Positions 6,658-14,849 of a DNA stretch of 26,902 nucleotides are shown piece by piece. This DNA comes from a virus (taxonomy: Duplodnaviria > Caudoviricetes). A model generated the notes under the pieces. That model was given only the letters and a program-made list of their open reading frames with translations, searched no databases and was not told the origin of the DNA. The stretch is taken from positions 1 through 26,902 of the IMG/VR virus record IMGVR_UViG_3300009103_000130. The stretch is one strand, 5' to 3'. A program made the translations under genes and the position numbers. How positions within the stretch are numbered: the stretch's first letter is position 1; each line of letters opens with the position of its first letter.

Positions 6658-8631
6658 TTAGTATCCTCCTCCAAATCCCCCTAATGAATTTCCAGAAGAA
6701 ACTGAAAAACTATAAGGGGCAGTATTATTTTCTAAATTAAAATCCCTAGAGCCTTCTATGTATGAGTATAGAGCATCACTTGCGTCAAAAGCTCTTGAAT
6801 ACGCCGAGACTTTGTATATAATGCCGTCTATATAAGATTTTTCATTTGTGTTAGCAGCAGGTAACCCACCTATTGTGGCTTTTAAATCTGATCCATCATA
6901 AAAGCTAGTATTGCTTAATTTGTATTTTGAATAAGTTGAGCTGGATTTAGGCATGCCTTCTTTAGGGATTATAGAGCTGTCATCTATAAAACTAATTATA
7001 TCGTTGCCGCCTTTCCCAAAGTAAGGGTTCCTTGCTTTTATCAATAACGAGGCCTCGTCAAACTCTGAGACACTACTCGTAGACCTGTAAACATAAAACC
7101 CTCTTGCTTCTCTTACGTTTGCCCAGCTGACGGATATAGAAGAGTTTTGTTTATTTATTAAAACTTTTTTATTAGCGGAAGCCTCTGACTCCCCATTTTC
7201 ATTATAAGAACTTATTTTATAATTTACTGTAAGGCCTCTGTCAAAAGCTCTTTGTGTTGTATTTTTTTCTACCTCTAGTCCTCCCTCACTTAAAGTATAG
7301 GTTGTCCTAGAAGATAAAGACTCTAAAGTGCTCGTTGTATTTAAAAAAGGGTATAAAGTTATATTTGTTGGCGTTTGTAAATTTGAGATGACCTGAGAGT
7401 TCTTTAAATGACCATTTACATAAAATTTTATCTTACCAAATGATTTTGTCATATCAATAGAAACAATTACATTGGTTATAGCTCCCTCATCTATTACAGA
7501 GTCTACTGTGAACGCGCTGCTTGATAACCCAAACTCATTATATAAATCACAATGAACCTTTTTGTCGCTTATATAAATATGCTGCTTTCTAGAAGAACTT
7601 TTCTTACTTGTGAATCTAGCTCCCTCAGATATGTCTTGGTAAAATAAAGTGGATATTCCTTCAGAAAGAGAACTCCCACTAAACCAGAACTCAAGGGTCT
7701 TTTTTTGCGTTGAATTTACCTGAAGACTTGAGTTTAGACCTATGTCTGTTGAGGTTAATCCTAAATTAGCAAAGCTATTCTCATAAAATATAGGTTGGGA
7801 GTCAGAAGAAAAAGACATCCCACTTACGCTAAAAGAGTTCTTATTTGAGCTTATATCCTTTAGACTGGCTGGAGATAGCCTAGGACTCTCTTTTCTTGTG
7901 AATTGCGTCCTTAGTGAACCTTTTTCTAATTGTGGGTTTTTGTATAGTATGTAGCCTCCAGAGCGCTCAGAAATGCTCGTAGTGCTCTCCTGAGGCCAGA
8001 AATAAGCAGTATGGCTAAGCGTAGTCTTTATCAATGAGCTAGCCCCAGAAGTACCTGCTGAACCTGATGCACCTGAAGTACCAGATGTAGCAACTACTAG
8101 TGTTTCTAGCTTTGGTGTAAAAACGATAGAGACAACCTGCCAAGTTCCTGATTTAGAAAAGTCATAGTTCCCATAATATTTTCCATTTTGGTCAGTAGCT
8201 TTAATTGATATTACTGAGCCAAGACCGGAGGTTCTGTTATGCCTCTTAGATACAAAAACCTCACAAGAAAATATATATTCTTGCCCTATTTTCAACTTAA
8301 GCGAATTATGAGAACTTCCTGAAAAAGTATGTAATCCAAAGTTTATATTACTATAGCCAGCAAAATTCGTCTTGTAAACTACGTCATTCTCAGACATATG
8401 CCCTGTAGCCAAAGACTTATACATACCTTGTTGGTCAGTGTCTTTATCGCTATATATTCTATAAAACTTATGAGGGGTGCCTCCTAATCTAGCATTAAAG
8501 CCTAAATTATCTTCAGCAGTAGGCAAAAGGTTAGTTGCAGGCTTACCCGGGTAACTCTTATAATATAACTGATTAGTATACAACCTTATACCTTCCAGCT
8601 TCTTTCTTAAATTTCCGTTGTGGGCAGACAT
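6658..8631 (-). CDS. Multidomain virion protein: carbohydrate-binding-like beta-sandwich + LamG-like domain with FN3-like insert
   Basis: PATNLLP...YIFSCEVFV...TWQVVSIVFT...PQLEKGS (CBM-like); KTLEFWF...IKFYVNG...IYKVSAYSRAF (LamG-like); YKISSYNENGESEAS...SVSWANVREARGFYVYRS...FIDD (FN3-like). TAATG overlap with the upstream gene. Confidence 0.6.
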   Translation of the reverse strand: MSAHNGNLRKKLEGIRLYTNQLYYKSYPGKPATNLLPTAEDNLGFNARLGGTPHKFYRIYSDKDTDQQGMYKSLATGHMSENDVVYKTNFAGYSNINFGLHTFSGSSHNSLKLKIGQEYIFSCEVFVSKRHNRTSGLGSVISIKATDQNGKYYGNYDFSKSGTWQVVSIVFTPKLETLVVATSGTSGASGSAGTSGASSLIKTTLSHTAYFWPQESTTSISERSGGYILYKNPQLEKGSLRTQFTRKESPRLSPASLKDISSNKNSFSVSGMSFSSDSQPIFYENSFANLGLTSTDIGLNSSLQVNSTQKKTLEFWFSGSSLSEGISTLFYQDISEGARFTSKKSSSRKQHIYISDKKVHCDLYNEFGLSSSAFTVDSVIDEGAITNVIVSIDMTKSFGKIKFYVNGHLKNSQVISNLQTPTNITLYPFLNTTSTLESLSSRTTYTLSEGGLEVEKNTTQRAFDRGLTVNYKISSYNENGESEASANKKVLINKQNSSISVSWANVREARGFYVYRSTSSVSEFDEASLLIKARNPYFGKGGNDIISFIDDSSIIPKEGMPKSSSTYSKYKLSNTSFYDGSDLKATIGGLPAANTNEKSYIDGIIYKVSAYSRAFDASDALYSYIEGSRDFNLENNTAPYSFSVSSGNSLGGFGGGY

Positions 8632-9473
8632 TATTCCGGGATTCCTCCGCTATACTGAAAAGTGCTGAGTATCAGATCTTGTCTCACATTATCCCCACTT
8701 TGAGGATGACGTAAATAAGTAGTCAAAACTTCATGATAGGCGGATTCTGGACCAATATTAGCCCCACTCACATAACTATACATGTTAACGCCACTTTGAG
8801 TAGTAACTATTTCGTCCCTATCTCCAACTCTTTCGTGCTCTGTTCCCCTTGTCAACTTTATAGCCTTCAGGAAACGCACGGAGCCTGACACTTGCTCAGA
8901 CTCATCTCTTTTACTTATATAGTCTTCTTCTACATGATTTCTTAAACTTGTATTTAAAGAAGTGATTTTCGCATCTAATATACCGCTAGTATCATGAACG
9001 TGCCCAGTGACATAACCGCTCAGACCATCTCCTGTCGCTCCAGTTATAAGTATAGATAACTTCTCTCCTGTATTAAGAAGCTCTCCGCTTAATGTATCTA
9101 TGTCGTTTTGATTGCCAGTAGCTATTGTGTTTGTGGCTGCATGCAAACCACTAACATATCTAACATCTCCGCTTACTTCATCTATATCCGAAGCTAACTC
9201 ACTTGATACTGTACCAACATACCCGCTTAAATCTAAACCTGTCTTTAGCAGGTCCGTCCTCAATACTCCGCTTACCGTATCTATATATCCAGATATGCTC
9301 CCACTTACAGAATCTATATATCCTGTATTTGCGAACTGCGCAGGGTTGCCCGTATAGGGATAAAATCCGGTAGTGTTTGATGCACTACCGGATAAACTAT
9401 CAGAGTCTGACCTTAAAAAGTATTCTTTTAAGTTGTCAAGATCTAGCTGGCCTGTACCAATAAGTTGAGGCAT
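8631..9473 (-). CDS. Ser-Gly/Thr-Gly-rich coiled-coil fibre-like virion protein
   Basis: About 15 SG and 10 TG dipeptides in 280 aa, with 11-residue periodicity (YIDSVSGSISG/YIDTVSGVLRT/DLLKTGLDLSG/YVGTVSSELAS). N-terminus resembles that of 17953..19086. Confidence 0.6.
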   Translation of the reverse strand: MPQLIGTGQLDLDNLKEYFLRSDSDSLSGSASNTTGFYPYTGNPAQFANTGYIDSVSGSISGYIDTVSGVLRTDLLKTGLDLSGYVGTVSSELASDIDEVSGDVRYVSGLHAATNTIATGNQNDIDTLSGELLNTGEKLSILITGATGDGLSGYVTGHVHDTSGILDAKITSLNTSLRNHVEEDYISKRDESEQVSGSVRFLKAIKLTRGTEHERVGDRDEIVTTQSGVNMYSYVSGANIGPESAYHEVLTTYLRHPQSGDNVRQDLILSTFQYSGGIPE

Positions 9474-9483
9474 ACAGACATAA

Positions 9484-9489
9484 TTACAC
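9484..9489 (-). promoter_or_regulatory. Putative late promoter core GTGTAA (leaderless-type spacing)
   Basis: GTGTAA-TTATGTCTGT-ATG(9473), with no SD. Confidence 0.6.
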
Positions 9490-9490
9490 T

Positions 9491-9883
9491 CTATCTACCT
9501 TCAGCTAGAATAGACTTAACGGCTCTAGATGGTTCTTTTGAAGTTTTAGTTTTTTTAGAAGTTGGCTTTCTGTACCCTAAAACATGCTTTTTAAACTCTC
9601 TTATTAGTCTAGTAGTGAGGAGCTGCCTATTGTCAACTGGCAGAATTCCAAACTTGACAGCATGAGCATGTAGGTCGGTTTTGTTCATACTCTTGATTTT
9701 AGAAGAGTATTCCTCTTCGTCAAGGGTTCCGTATTTCGAGGAGCCTACGTCTCCCCACACCTGATCTAAAGTGGTTTTCTCAAAGCTAGATCCTTCTTTT
9801 TCCTCCATAGCATGGGTTTGGATCATATCTTTAGATTTAGACTTTTTCTTACTTTTTGAAGTTGATTTCCTTTTAACTGCCAT
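9491..9883 (-). CDS. Basic hypothetical protein with possible helix-extension-helix (Rho-N/SAP-like) nucleic-acid-binding motif
   Basis: Lys-rich termini flank IKSMNKTDLHAHAVKFGILPVDNRQLLTTRL. SD GAAAGGA. Lies directly after the capsid gene. Confidence 0.55.
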   Translation of the reverse strand: MAVKRKSTSKSKKKSKSKDMIQTHAMEEKEGSSFEKTTLDQVWGDVGSSKYGTLDEEEYSSKIKSMNKTDLHAHAVKFGILPVDNRQLLTTRLIREFKKHVLGYRKPTSKKTKTSKEPSRAVKSILAEGR

Positions 9884-9912
9884 AACTTATCCTTTCTCCG
9901 TTATAACTAGTT

Positions 9913-9918
9913 ATACAC
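9913..9918 (-). promoter_or_regulatory. Putative late promoter core GTGTAT
   Basis: GTGTAT just past the capsid terminator, followed by an SD and ATG 9883. Confidence 0.55.
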
Positions 9919-9928
9919 ACAATCGCCT

Positions 9929-9966
9929 AAAAAAAGAAACAAAAAAGCCCCCGTTTCCGGGGGCTT
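9929..9966 (-). terminator. Rho-independent terminator after the major capsid gene
   Basis: AAGCCCCCG-GAAA-CGGGGGCTT hairpin followed by TTTTGTTTCTTTTTTT on the minus strand. Confidence 0.9.
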
Positions 9967-9989
9967 CGATAATATATTTTAGGTCTCTA

Positions 9990-11153
9990 TTAGACCGCGA
10001 GTCCAACAACTGCACGAGCGTCGATACACACGCGACCCTCTTCCAACGAACCGTAGAAACCGATTCTCTCATTTCTCTGAGTGAACTGATCATCTGGGCT
10101 AGTCGTGAAGGTGTCACCAGTATCGGCGTCCTGAGCGATAGCGCGAACAAACGCACCCTTGCTATTGTCAACGCCAACTGCGAGCTCATGAGTCGCACCA
10201 GCGAACGCAATAGCCGTTCCGGCGGTACTACCATGAGGGGCGATGTTGCCTGAATCAAACTCGTCAAAGACGGTGTTATACTTCTGGCCAATACCAAGCT
10301 CATTGAGCTCAACGATGTTCACACCATAGATCTCCTGCATACCAGCAGAATTGAACACTTCTGTTCTAATGTTGTCTGGCAGCGGAATAGAGCTAGTGCC
10401 ACTAGTAGCCTGAACAGTGTTCATTGGCTGATAAGCAAAAGCGCGAATCTGCTCTTTGATCTCAGGGCTGACGTACAGATCGGTAATACCATTGCTGTAA
10501 GCAGCATCAGGAGTACCGTCTGCCCAAGATTGATTGATTCTCTTATTGAGAGTCATCAACTTGTTCAAGTCGGCCAACTGGAATCTATTAGTGTTGTAAG
10601 CTGGAATAACGTGACTACCTGTAGCCAAGTCCGTGACTCCAACAGAATCCGCAGTAACAGAGGAAGTGCTAGCGTTAGCGAGTGCATTAAGCACCACAGC
10701 CCAAGCATTTCTTTCCTGCTTGATGAGAACCTCTTGAGACATACGCTCAATAAGTTTACTCACAACATCAAGTCTTGCCTGCCTAGCGTACTTCTTGGTG
10801 ATAGAAACAGCTGCATCCAAACGATAAGTTGCGATCTTCAACTCTTGGACAGCAGATACGTCTTGCGAAGTGGGAAGACCACCAGCGACATTCTGCGACC
10901 AAACGCTAACGTAACCGTCATTGGTTTCGTTATAATAAAGATCCAAAGGATAGCTAGCTCCCTCATCTTGATTAAACGGAGCATCGGTATAAACCGCTCC
11001 GGCCGTTGCGGCCTGCTGCAGAACCTTGCGGACTACAGGGCCTAGAAAAGCTGCAAAAGCTTCTTGCGCCTCACGGGCGACGAGCTGGTTTTTGTTACCC
11101 ATCGCTTTGATGAGTTCAACCTGCTCAGGGGTGTTTTTCAATTTAAGTCTCAT
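9990..11153 (-). CDS. Major capsid protein (HK97-fold expected)
   Basis: 387 aa, last of the protease-decoration-capsid triad, with strong SD AAAGGAGA and a strong terminator. Capsid-like segments ARLDVVSKLIERMSQEVLIKQE, TDLYVSPEIKEQIR, EIYGVNIVEL, GFYGSLEEGRVCIDARAVVGL. Confidence 0.8.
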   Translation of the reverse strand: MRLKLKNTPEQVELIKAMGNKNQLVAREAQEAFAAFLGPVVRKVLQQAATAGAVYTDAPFNQDEGASYPLDLYYNETNDGYVSVWSQNVAGGLPTSQDVSAVQELKIATYRLDAAVSITKKYARQARLDVVSKLIERMSQEVLIKQERNAWAVVLNALANASTSSVTADSVGVTDLATGSHVIPAYNTNRFQLADLNKLMTLNKRINQSWADGTPDAAYSNGITDLYVSPEIKEQIRAFAYQPMNTVQATSGTSSIPLPDNIRTEVFNSAGMQEIYGVNIVELNELGIGQKYNTVFDEFDSGNIAPHGSTAGTAIAFAGATHELAVGVDNSKGAFVRAIAQDADTGDTFTTSPDDQFTQRNERIGFYGSLEEGRVCIDARAVVGLAV

Positions 11154-11182
11154 TTTATTAAATCTCCTTTTCTTATTTAAAA

Positions 11183-11827
11183 TTAGAGGTCAATCTTCAA
11201 CAGAATGAAACCGTCAGCGTCAACAGATCCCAAAGCGGTGCCAACCTGAATTTGGCTTGCGCCACCATCGCTAGCAGTAGCAGAAGAACTAAGGTCTCCC
11301 TGATACACCATGTCAGCATAGATTTTAGCTCCTGCTGTCACGCTGTTTGCGCCACCACTGGTGAGGTTTCCGCTGTAAAGAACAATGCCCTTGGCCAAGA
11401 CAGGAACTGCCTGACCACTAACCACAGCCTGCATTTCGGCAGCCTTGCGCGGATGATAAATCAACTTCTCGCCATTTTCGTCGACTTCTGCGACGTCCCA
11501 AAGGGTAAGGCCAAGAGGCTGACTACCAGATGCACAAGGTTCCACATTAGCAGCTGCGCCATAACGGAATGATACCGTGTTCGTGTAGCTAGCACCGGGG
11601 TTACCGATACCAGTCTTATTTACAGGATCGTCAGTATTTTTCCAACCGTTAGACTTAACAGAAACCAGAAGCCCCTTATTGACCTTGCCGCCGTCGGCTT
11701 TAAGGTCAGAATAAGAAGCGACCACGTCTCCGTCATCGTCTTTAAGACTGAAAAGGTTAATGACGTCTGTCTCGGCATGTTGCCTGAAGGGCTTCAGCCG
11801 TTGTGTGTTTTTAACAAACGTTGCCAT
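11183..11827 (-). CDS. Putative head decoration/cement protein
   Basis: Lies between protease/scaffold and MCP. Beta-rich, with PLGLTLWDV, AVVSGQAVPVLAKG, TAGAKIY and VGTALGSVDADG. SD AAGGA. Confidence 0.6.
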   Translation of the reverse strand: MATFVKNTQRLKPFRQHAETDVINLFSLKDDDGDVVASYSDLKADGGKVNKGLLVSVKSNGWKNTDDPVNKTGIGNPGASYTNTVSFRYGAAANVEPCASGSQPLGLTLWDVAEVDENGEKLIYHPRKAAEMQAVVSGQAVPVLAKGIVLYSGNLTSGGANSVTAGAKIYADMVYQGDLSSSATASDGGASQIQVGTALGSVDADGFILLKIDL

Positions 11828-11846
11828 AATATTTTATTTCCTTATA

Positions 11847-12479
11847 TTAGTAATTAATATCAAATTGATCGATTTCAAAAGCTTTCTTATACTTATCGTA
11901 GGTGGAACCTTCAGAAGCTTCGGTAGACGCTGGAATAGCGCTTTCCTCTTCTTCGCCTCTTTCGATAGCCTCGTCCACGATTTCATCGGAAGCTTTTGTC
12001 TCTTCTTCGACTTCGGCTTCCTTAGAAGCTTCGTCTTCCTTTTTAGCCAAGACTTCTCTTGACTTGTCTCTCAACAGAACCTCAAGATTCTTTGCGAAAG
12101 CTTCCCAGCCCTCAACATCGAGATCTTTAACCTGCGTAGCAAGAACTTCGCGGTCTGTATCCTCAAGAGCGTATTTTTCATCCAAAGAGGCCATTCTCTG
12201 AGAGAACAACTCTTCAGCTTCTTTTTCCGCTTTTTCAGTTTCCAGAGCGCCAAGCTTTTCTGTAACAGTTTCTAGTTCTGCTTTGACTTTATCGTAGTCT
12301 ACGTTAATAGACTCGATTTTCTCTTGAGCTTCTTTGAGATTAGCTTCCACCTTTTGTTTTTCGGCTGAAAATCTCTCGGAAGCTTCCTTGAGTTCCGATT
12401 CGATAAAATCAGAAACAGCCGAGGCAGAAAGCTCCTTCAAAGACTCATTCGTGATGTCTTTAATACTTTCTATTTTCAT
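11847..12479 (-). CDS. Possible nested in-frame scaffolding protein (internal start MKIESIKDIT)
   Basis: In-frame ATG 12479 preceded by GAGGA (12494-12490) and a promoter-like ATGTAATAA (core 12511-12506), at the protease/coiled-coil boundary. Confidence 0.45.
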   Translation of the reverse strand: MKIESIKDITNESLKELSASAVSDFIESELKEASERFSAEKQKVEANLKEAQEKIESINVDYDKVKAELETVTEKLGALETEKAEKEAEELFSQRMASLDEKYALEDTDREVLATQVKDLDVEGWEAFAKNLEVLLRDKSREVLAKKEDEASKEAEVEEETKASDEIVDEAIERGEEEESAIPASTEASEGSTYDKYKKAFEIDQFDINY

Positions 12480-13307
12480 AATAGTTTTGTCCTCGTTTTG
12501 GATTATTACATTTTTTTGTTGTATTTGTGAAGTTTTATCAACTTCAGCAAAAGTCTTTTCTTCTTGGGGTTCCTCTGTGCTACTCTTGGTTGATACGCCC
12601 TTTACGTCAGCAGCAGGAGTTTCGGTCAGTCCGATTCCAAGAGGTACGACCTCTCCTACCACCTTTCTGTAGACACACATTCCGTCTTTAGTTTTACCTT
12701 CTCCCCCAAGAGCTTTTAGATCCTTTTCCATGTCCGCGATCTCTTCCTCATCATCAACAATGAGCCCATTTTCTATGTTTTTATCACTTCCGTCTAAAAG
12801 CACTAAATTATAATCTTTAAATCCCAATTCCCAACTAGCACTAATCCTCATGAAGTCTTCGCTGCTTGGGTCGGCTGACTCTTCAATCAAGTCTGCTATT
12901 CTTTGGTTTACTACTTTCCAGATAACTCCACCTAGAGTAACATTAAAAGGTCCTTTTATATCTTTTACCTCTTCTTCTGTTAATGGCTTATCTGTTCCAA
13001 ATTCTGAAAAACCTGCTGTTAAAATAGTACCAATTACCTTATCTCTATTATGTTCTATATTAATTGGTTTATTTTTGAAATCTTTATGAAAGGCTAAAGC
13101 AGTATCTGTATCAACTACATCTCCATTTCTATTAACTCTATTAGCTACAAATGCATTAAAAGCTATTGGAAGCAAGTCAACCTGCTTTTCGTCTACTTCT
13201 GGAATAAATTGAGCGACCTCGATAGCAGAAGCTAAGGCTAAATACTTATCTTTTTCTTCTGATACGACTGGCCTTACGTTTGAGCTGAAGATTGTAGTAT
13301 ATTTCAT
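11847..13307 (-). CDS. Prohead maturation protease fused to a C-terminal acidic coiled-coil scaffold
   Basis: NRNGD, FKNKPINIEHN..VIG, ISASWEL and GIGLTETPAA match phage capsid protease patterns (His/Ser). The C-terminal ~210 aa is an E/K-rich coiled coil. Upstream of the MCP. Confidence 0.75.
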   Translation of the reverse strand: MKYTTIFSSNVRPVVSEEKDKYLALASAIEVAQFIPEVDEKQVDLLPIAFNAFVANRVNRNGDVVDTDTALAFHKDFKNKPINIEHNRDKVIGTILTAGFSEFGTDKPLTEEEVKDIKGPFNVTLGGVIWKVVNQRIADLIEESADPSSEDFMRISASWELGFKDYNLVLLDGSDKNIENGLIVDDEEEIADMEKDLKALGGEGKTKDGMCVYRKVVGEVVPLGIGLTETPAADVKGVSTKSSTEEPQEEKTFAEVDKTSQIQQKNVIIQNEDKTIMKIESIKDITNESLKELSASAVSDFIESELKEASERFSAEKQKVEANLKEAQEKIESINVDYDKVKAELETVTEKLGALETEKAEKEAEELFSQRMASLDEKYALEDTDREVLATQVKDLDVEGWEAFAKNLEVLLRDKSREVLAKKEDEASKEAEVEEETKASDEIVDEAIERGEEEESAIPASTEASEGSTYDKYKKAFEIDQFDINY

Positions 13308-13600
13308 CAGATTATATAATAGTTCATTGTTACGTTACCAGCACTACTGTAGACGCCGGAACTAGTTGGCACTGGAATGCCTTGGTTTAAACTTGTCGAT
13401 CCAGCCGGAGCATAAGCTATAATAGTATCTGCCCCTGCCGCCGAGGTGCTAAGGGTAGTAGCTGCTGAAGCTAATATGTCTGTGATTACGATGGTATCCC
13501 CACTGCTTGCTGCGACCACGGCACCGGCTCCTGATTTATTAGCCGTTCTTGATACAGAAGGCACTCCTTGAGTCTGTTGCGAATTAGTTGATCTGGCCAT
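13307..13600 (-). CDS. Small Ala/Ser/Thr-rich beta-strand protein, probably virion structural
   Basis: 97 aa, SD AAAGGA, TGATG overlap with the protease gene, GTGTAA motif upstream. Confidence 0.6.
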   Translation of the reverse strand: MARSTNSQQTQGVPSVSRTANKSGAGAVVAASSGDTIVITDILASAATTLSTSAAGADTIIAYAPAGSTSLNQGIPVPTSSGVYSSAGNVTMNYYII

Positions 13601-13617
13601 TTTAAGTTGTCCTTTTT

Positions 13618-14070
13618 TTAAATTACACTATTTAACCAGTCTTTTGCCTCTGATCTGGCTTGCTCGTCGCTTTGGAAATATAAGTCATCTACGTCTCTGA
13701 AGTCGTAGCTTCCCAAGCCGTGCCTTTTTACTTCTCTTTCAGCTTCTTTTATTTCCTCCATAGAAGGTTCAAAATGTTCCCCATCATCTATAAGTCCAGC
13801 AGAGCAGACATTTAGAAAGACGTTCACATTAGCTAGAGCTTGATTAATCTGTAAAGATTCAGAGAGATTATCTACAAAGATTTCTTTTAATCTCTCAGAG
13901 GTAACTTGTTCTTCGTTTATGTAGTTATGCTCATTTGCTTTGCTAGTTAAGAGTTGCATGACCCTACTAGAAAATTCCAAAGCCGCGTCTTTTTCTCCAG
14001 AAACTGGAGCAAATTTTTTACCATAAGAGTACTCTACATCAAGCGACATCATTTTACGAATGGATTCCAT
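13618..14070 (-). CDS. Hypothetical acidic protein in the head module
   Basis: 150-aa ORF with a GTGTAT motif upstream. KANEHN...VTSERLKEIF...ALANVNVFL weakly resembles a helical domain seen in phage head-region proteins. Confidence 0.6.
   Translation of the reverse strand: MESIRKMMSLDVEYSYGKKFAPVSGEKDAALEFSSRVMQLLTSKANEHNYINEEQVTSERLKEIFVDNLSESLQINQALANVNVFLNVCSAGLIDDGEHFEPSMEEIKEAEREVKRHGLGSYDFRDVDDLYFQSDEQARSEAKDWLNSVI
13623..13628 (-). promoter_or_regulatory. Putative late promoter core GTGTAA for the protease-decoration-MCP transcript
   Basis: GTGTAATTTAAAAAAAGGACAACTTAAAATG(13600). Confidence 0.55.
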
Positions 14071-14089
14071 TAAGTTTACCTAAAAGTTT

Positions 14090-14095
14090 ATACAC
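14090..14095 (-). promoter_or_regulatory. Putative late promoter core GTGTAT
   Basis: GTGTATAAACTTTTAGGTAAACTTAATG(14070), just downstream of a terminator. Confidence 0.55.
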
Positions 14096-14114
14096 TTATT
14101 TTTAAAAAACTTAT

Positions 14115-14151
14115 AAAAAAAATAAAAAAACCCCTCAAATAAATGAGGGGT
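14115..14151 (-). terminator. Rho-independent terminator
   Basis: ACCCCTCA-6 nt-TGAGGGGT hairpin followed by a long T tract on the minus strand, after 14182..14781. Confidence 0.85.
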
Positions 14152-14181
14152 CTTTAAATAGGGAAATGCAAACCTTACTTC

Positions 14182-14781
14182 TTAGAACGGTACGCCGTTG
14201 GAAGCATCGTTAGCGATATCCGTAGTTGCCGGATCGAACGAGCCAGAGGCGTTGATTGTACCAGATTGATAATACTTAAAGTTTACAGTATAAGATCTTG
14301 TATAGGTGTTAACAATACCTGTTCCATCATTAATGGCCGTACTAGACAAACTCAAAGAGCCTCTAGTAACCGTCATGGAATTCAAGCCACTGCTTTGGGC
14401 TACACCGGAAGTATAGCCTCTGTATGCACCATCAAGAACAGCGTTAATAAATTTTTGAGCTCCACCGTTTTTCTCTCTTGCTGTCGCGGTCCCTGCGGCA
14501 GCTATAAGATCTCCGGATGTTAAAGCATACTCAGAGACAGCTGGGTCTCCCATAGTATTTGTAGATGCGTGGGTCTGGGTGCTATCCACATCTGCGGCAG
14601 CTACAGCCTCAGCTGTGAGTGGGATTACGATACCAGTTGGACCAGACGTAATACTCTCATGCGGTCCTACCACAGCACCACCAACCAAATATTTGATTCC
14701 GTGGTTTCCGTCACCACTAGTTAAGTTGGACAACTTGCTCTTGGCGGTTGTTAGAATAAATGCATTATCTTTGTTTGCCAT
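14182..14781 (-). CDS. Ala/Gly/Ser/Thr-rich protein, likely an abundant virion structural protein
   Basis: Own SD (TAGGAGA), variant motif TTGTAATAG at 14816-14808 and own terminator. Confidence 0.6.
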   Translation of the reverse strand: MANKDNAFILTTAKSKLSNLTSGDGNHGIKYLVGGAVVGPHESITSGPTGIVIPLTAEAVAAADVDSTQTHASTNTMGDPAVSEYALTSGDLIAAAGTATAREKNGGAQKFINAVLDGAYRGYTSGVAQSSGLNSMTVTRGSLSLSSTAINDGTGIVNTYTRSYTVNFKYYQSGTINASGSFDPATTDIANDASNGVPF

Positions 14782-14849
14782 TGTATATTTCTCCTATTTT
14801 ATATAATCTATTACAACTTTTTTTTTATTATTAGAAATTTTATTTTTTG

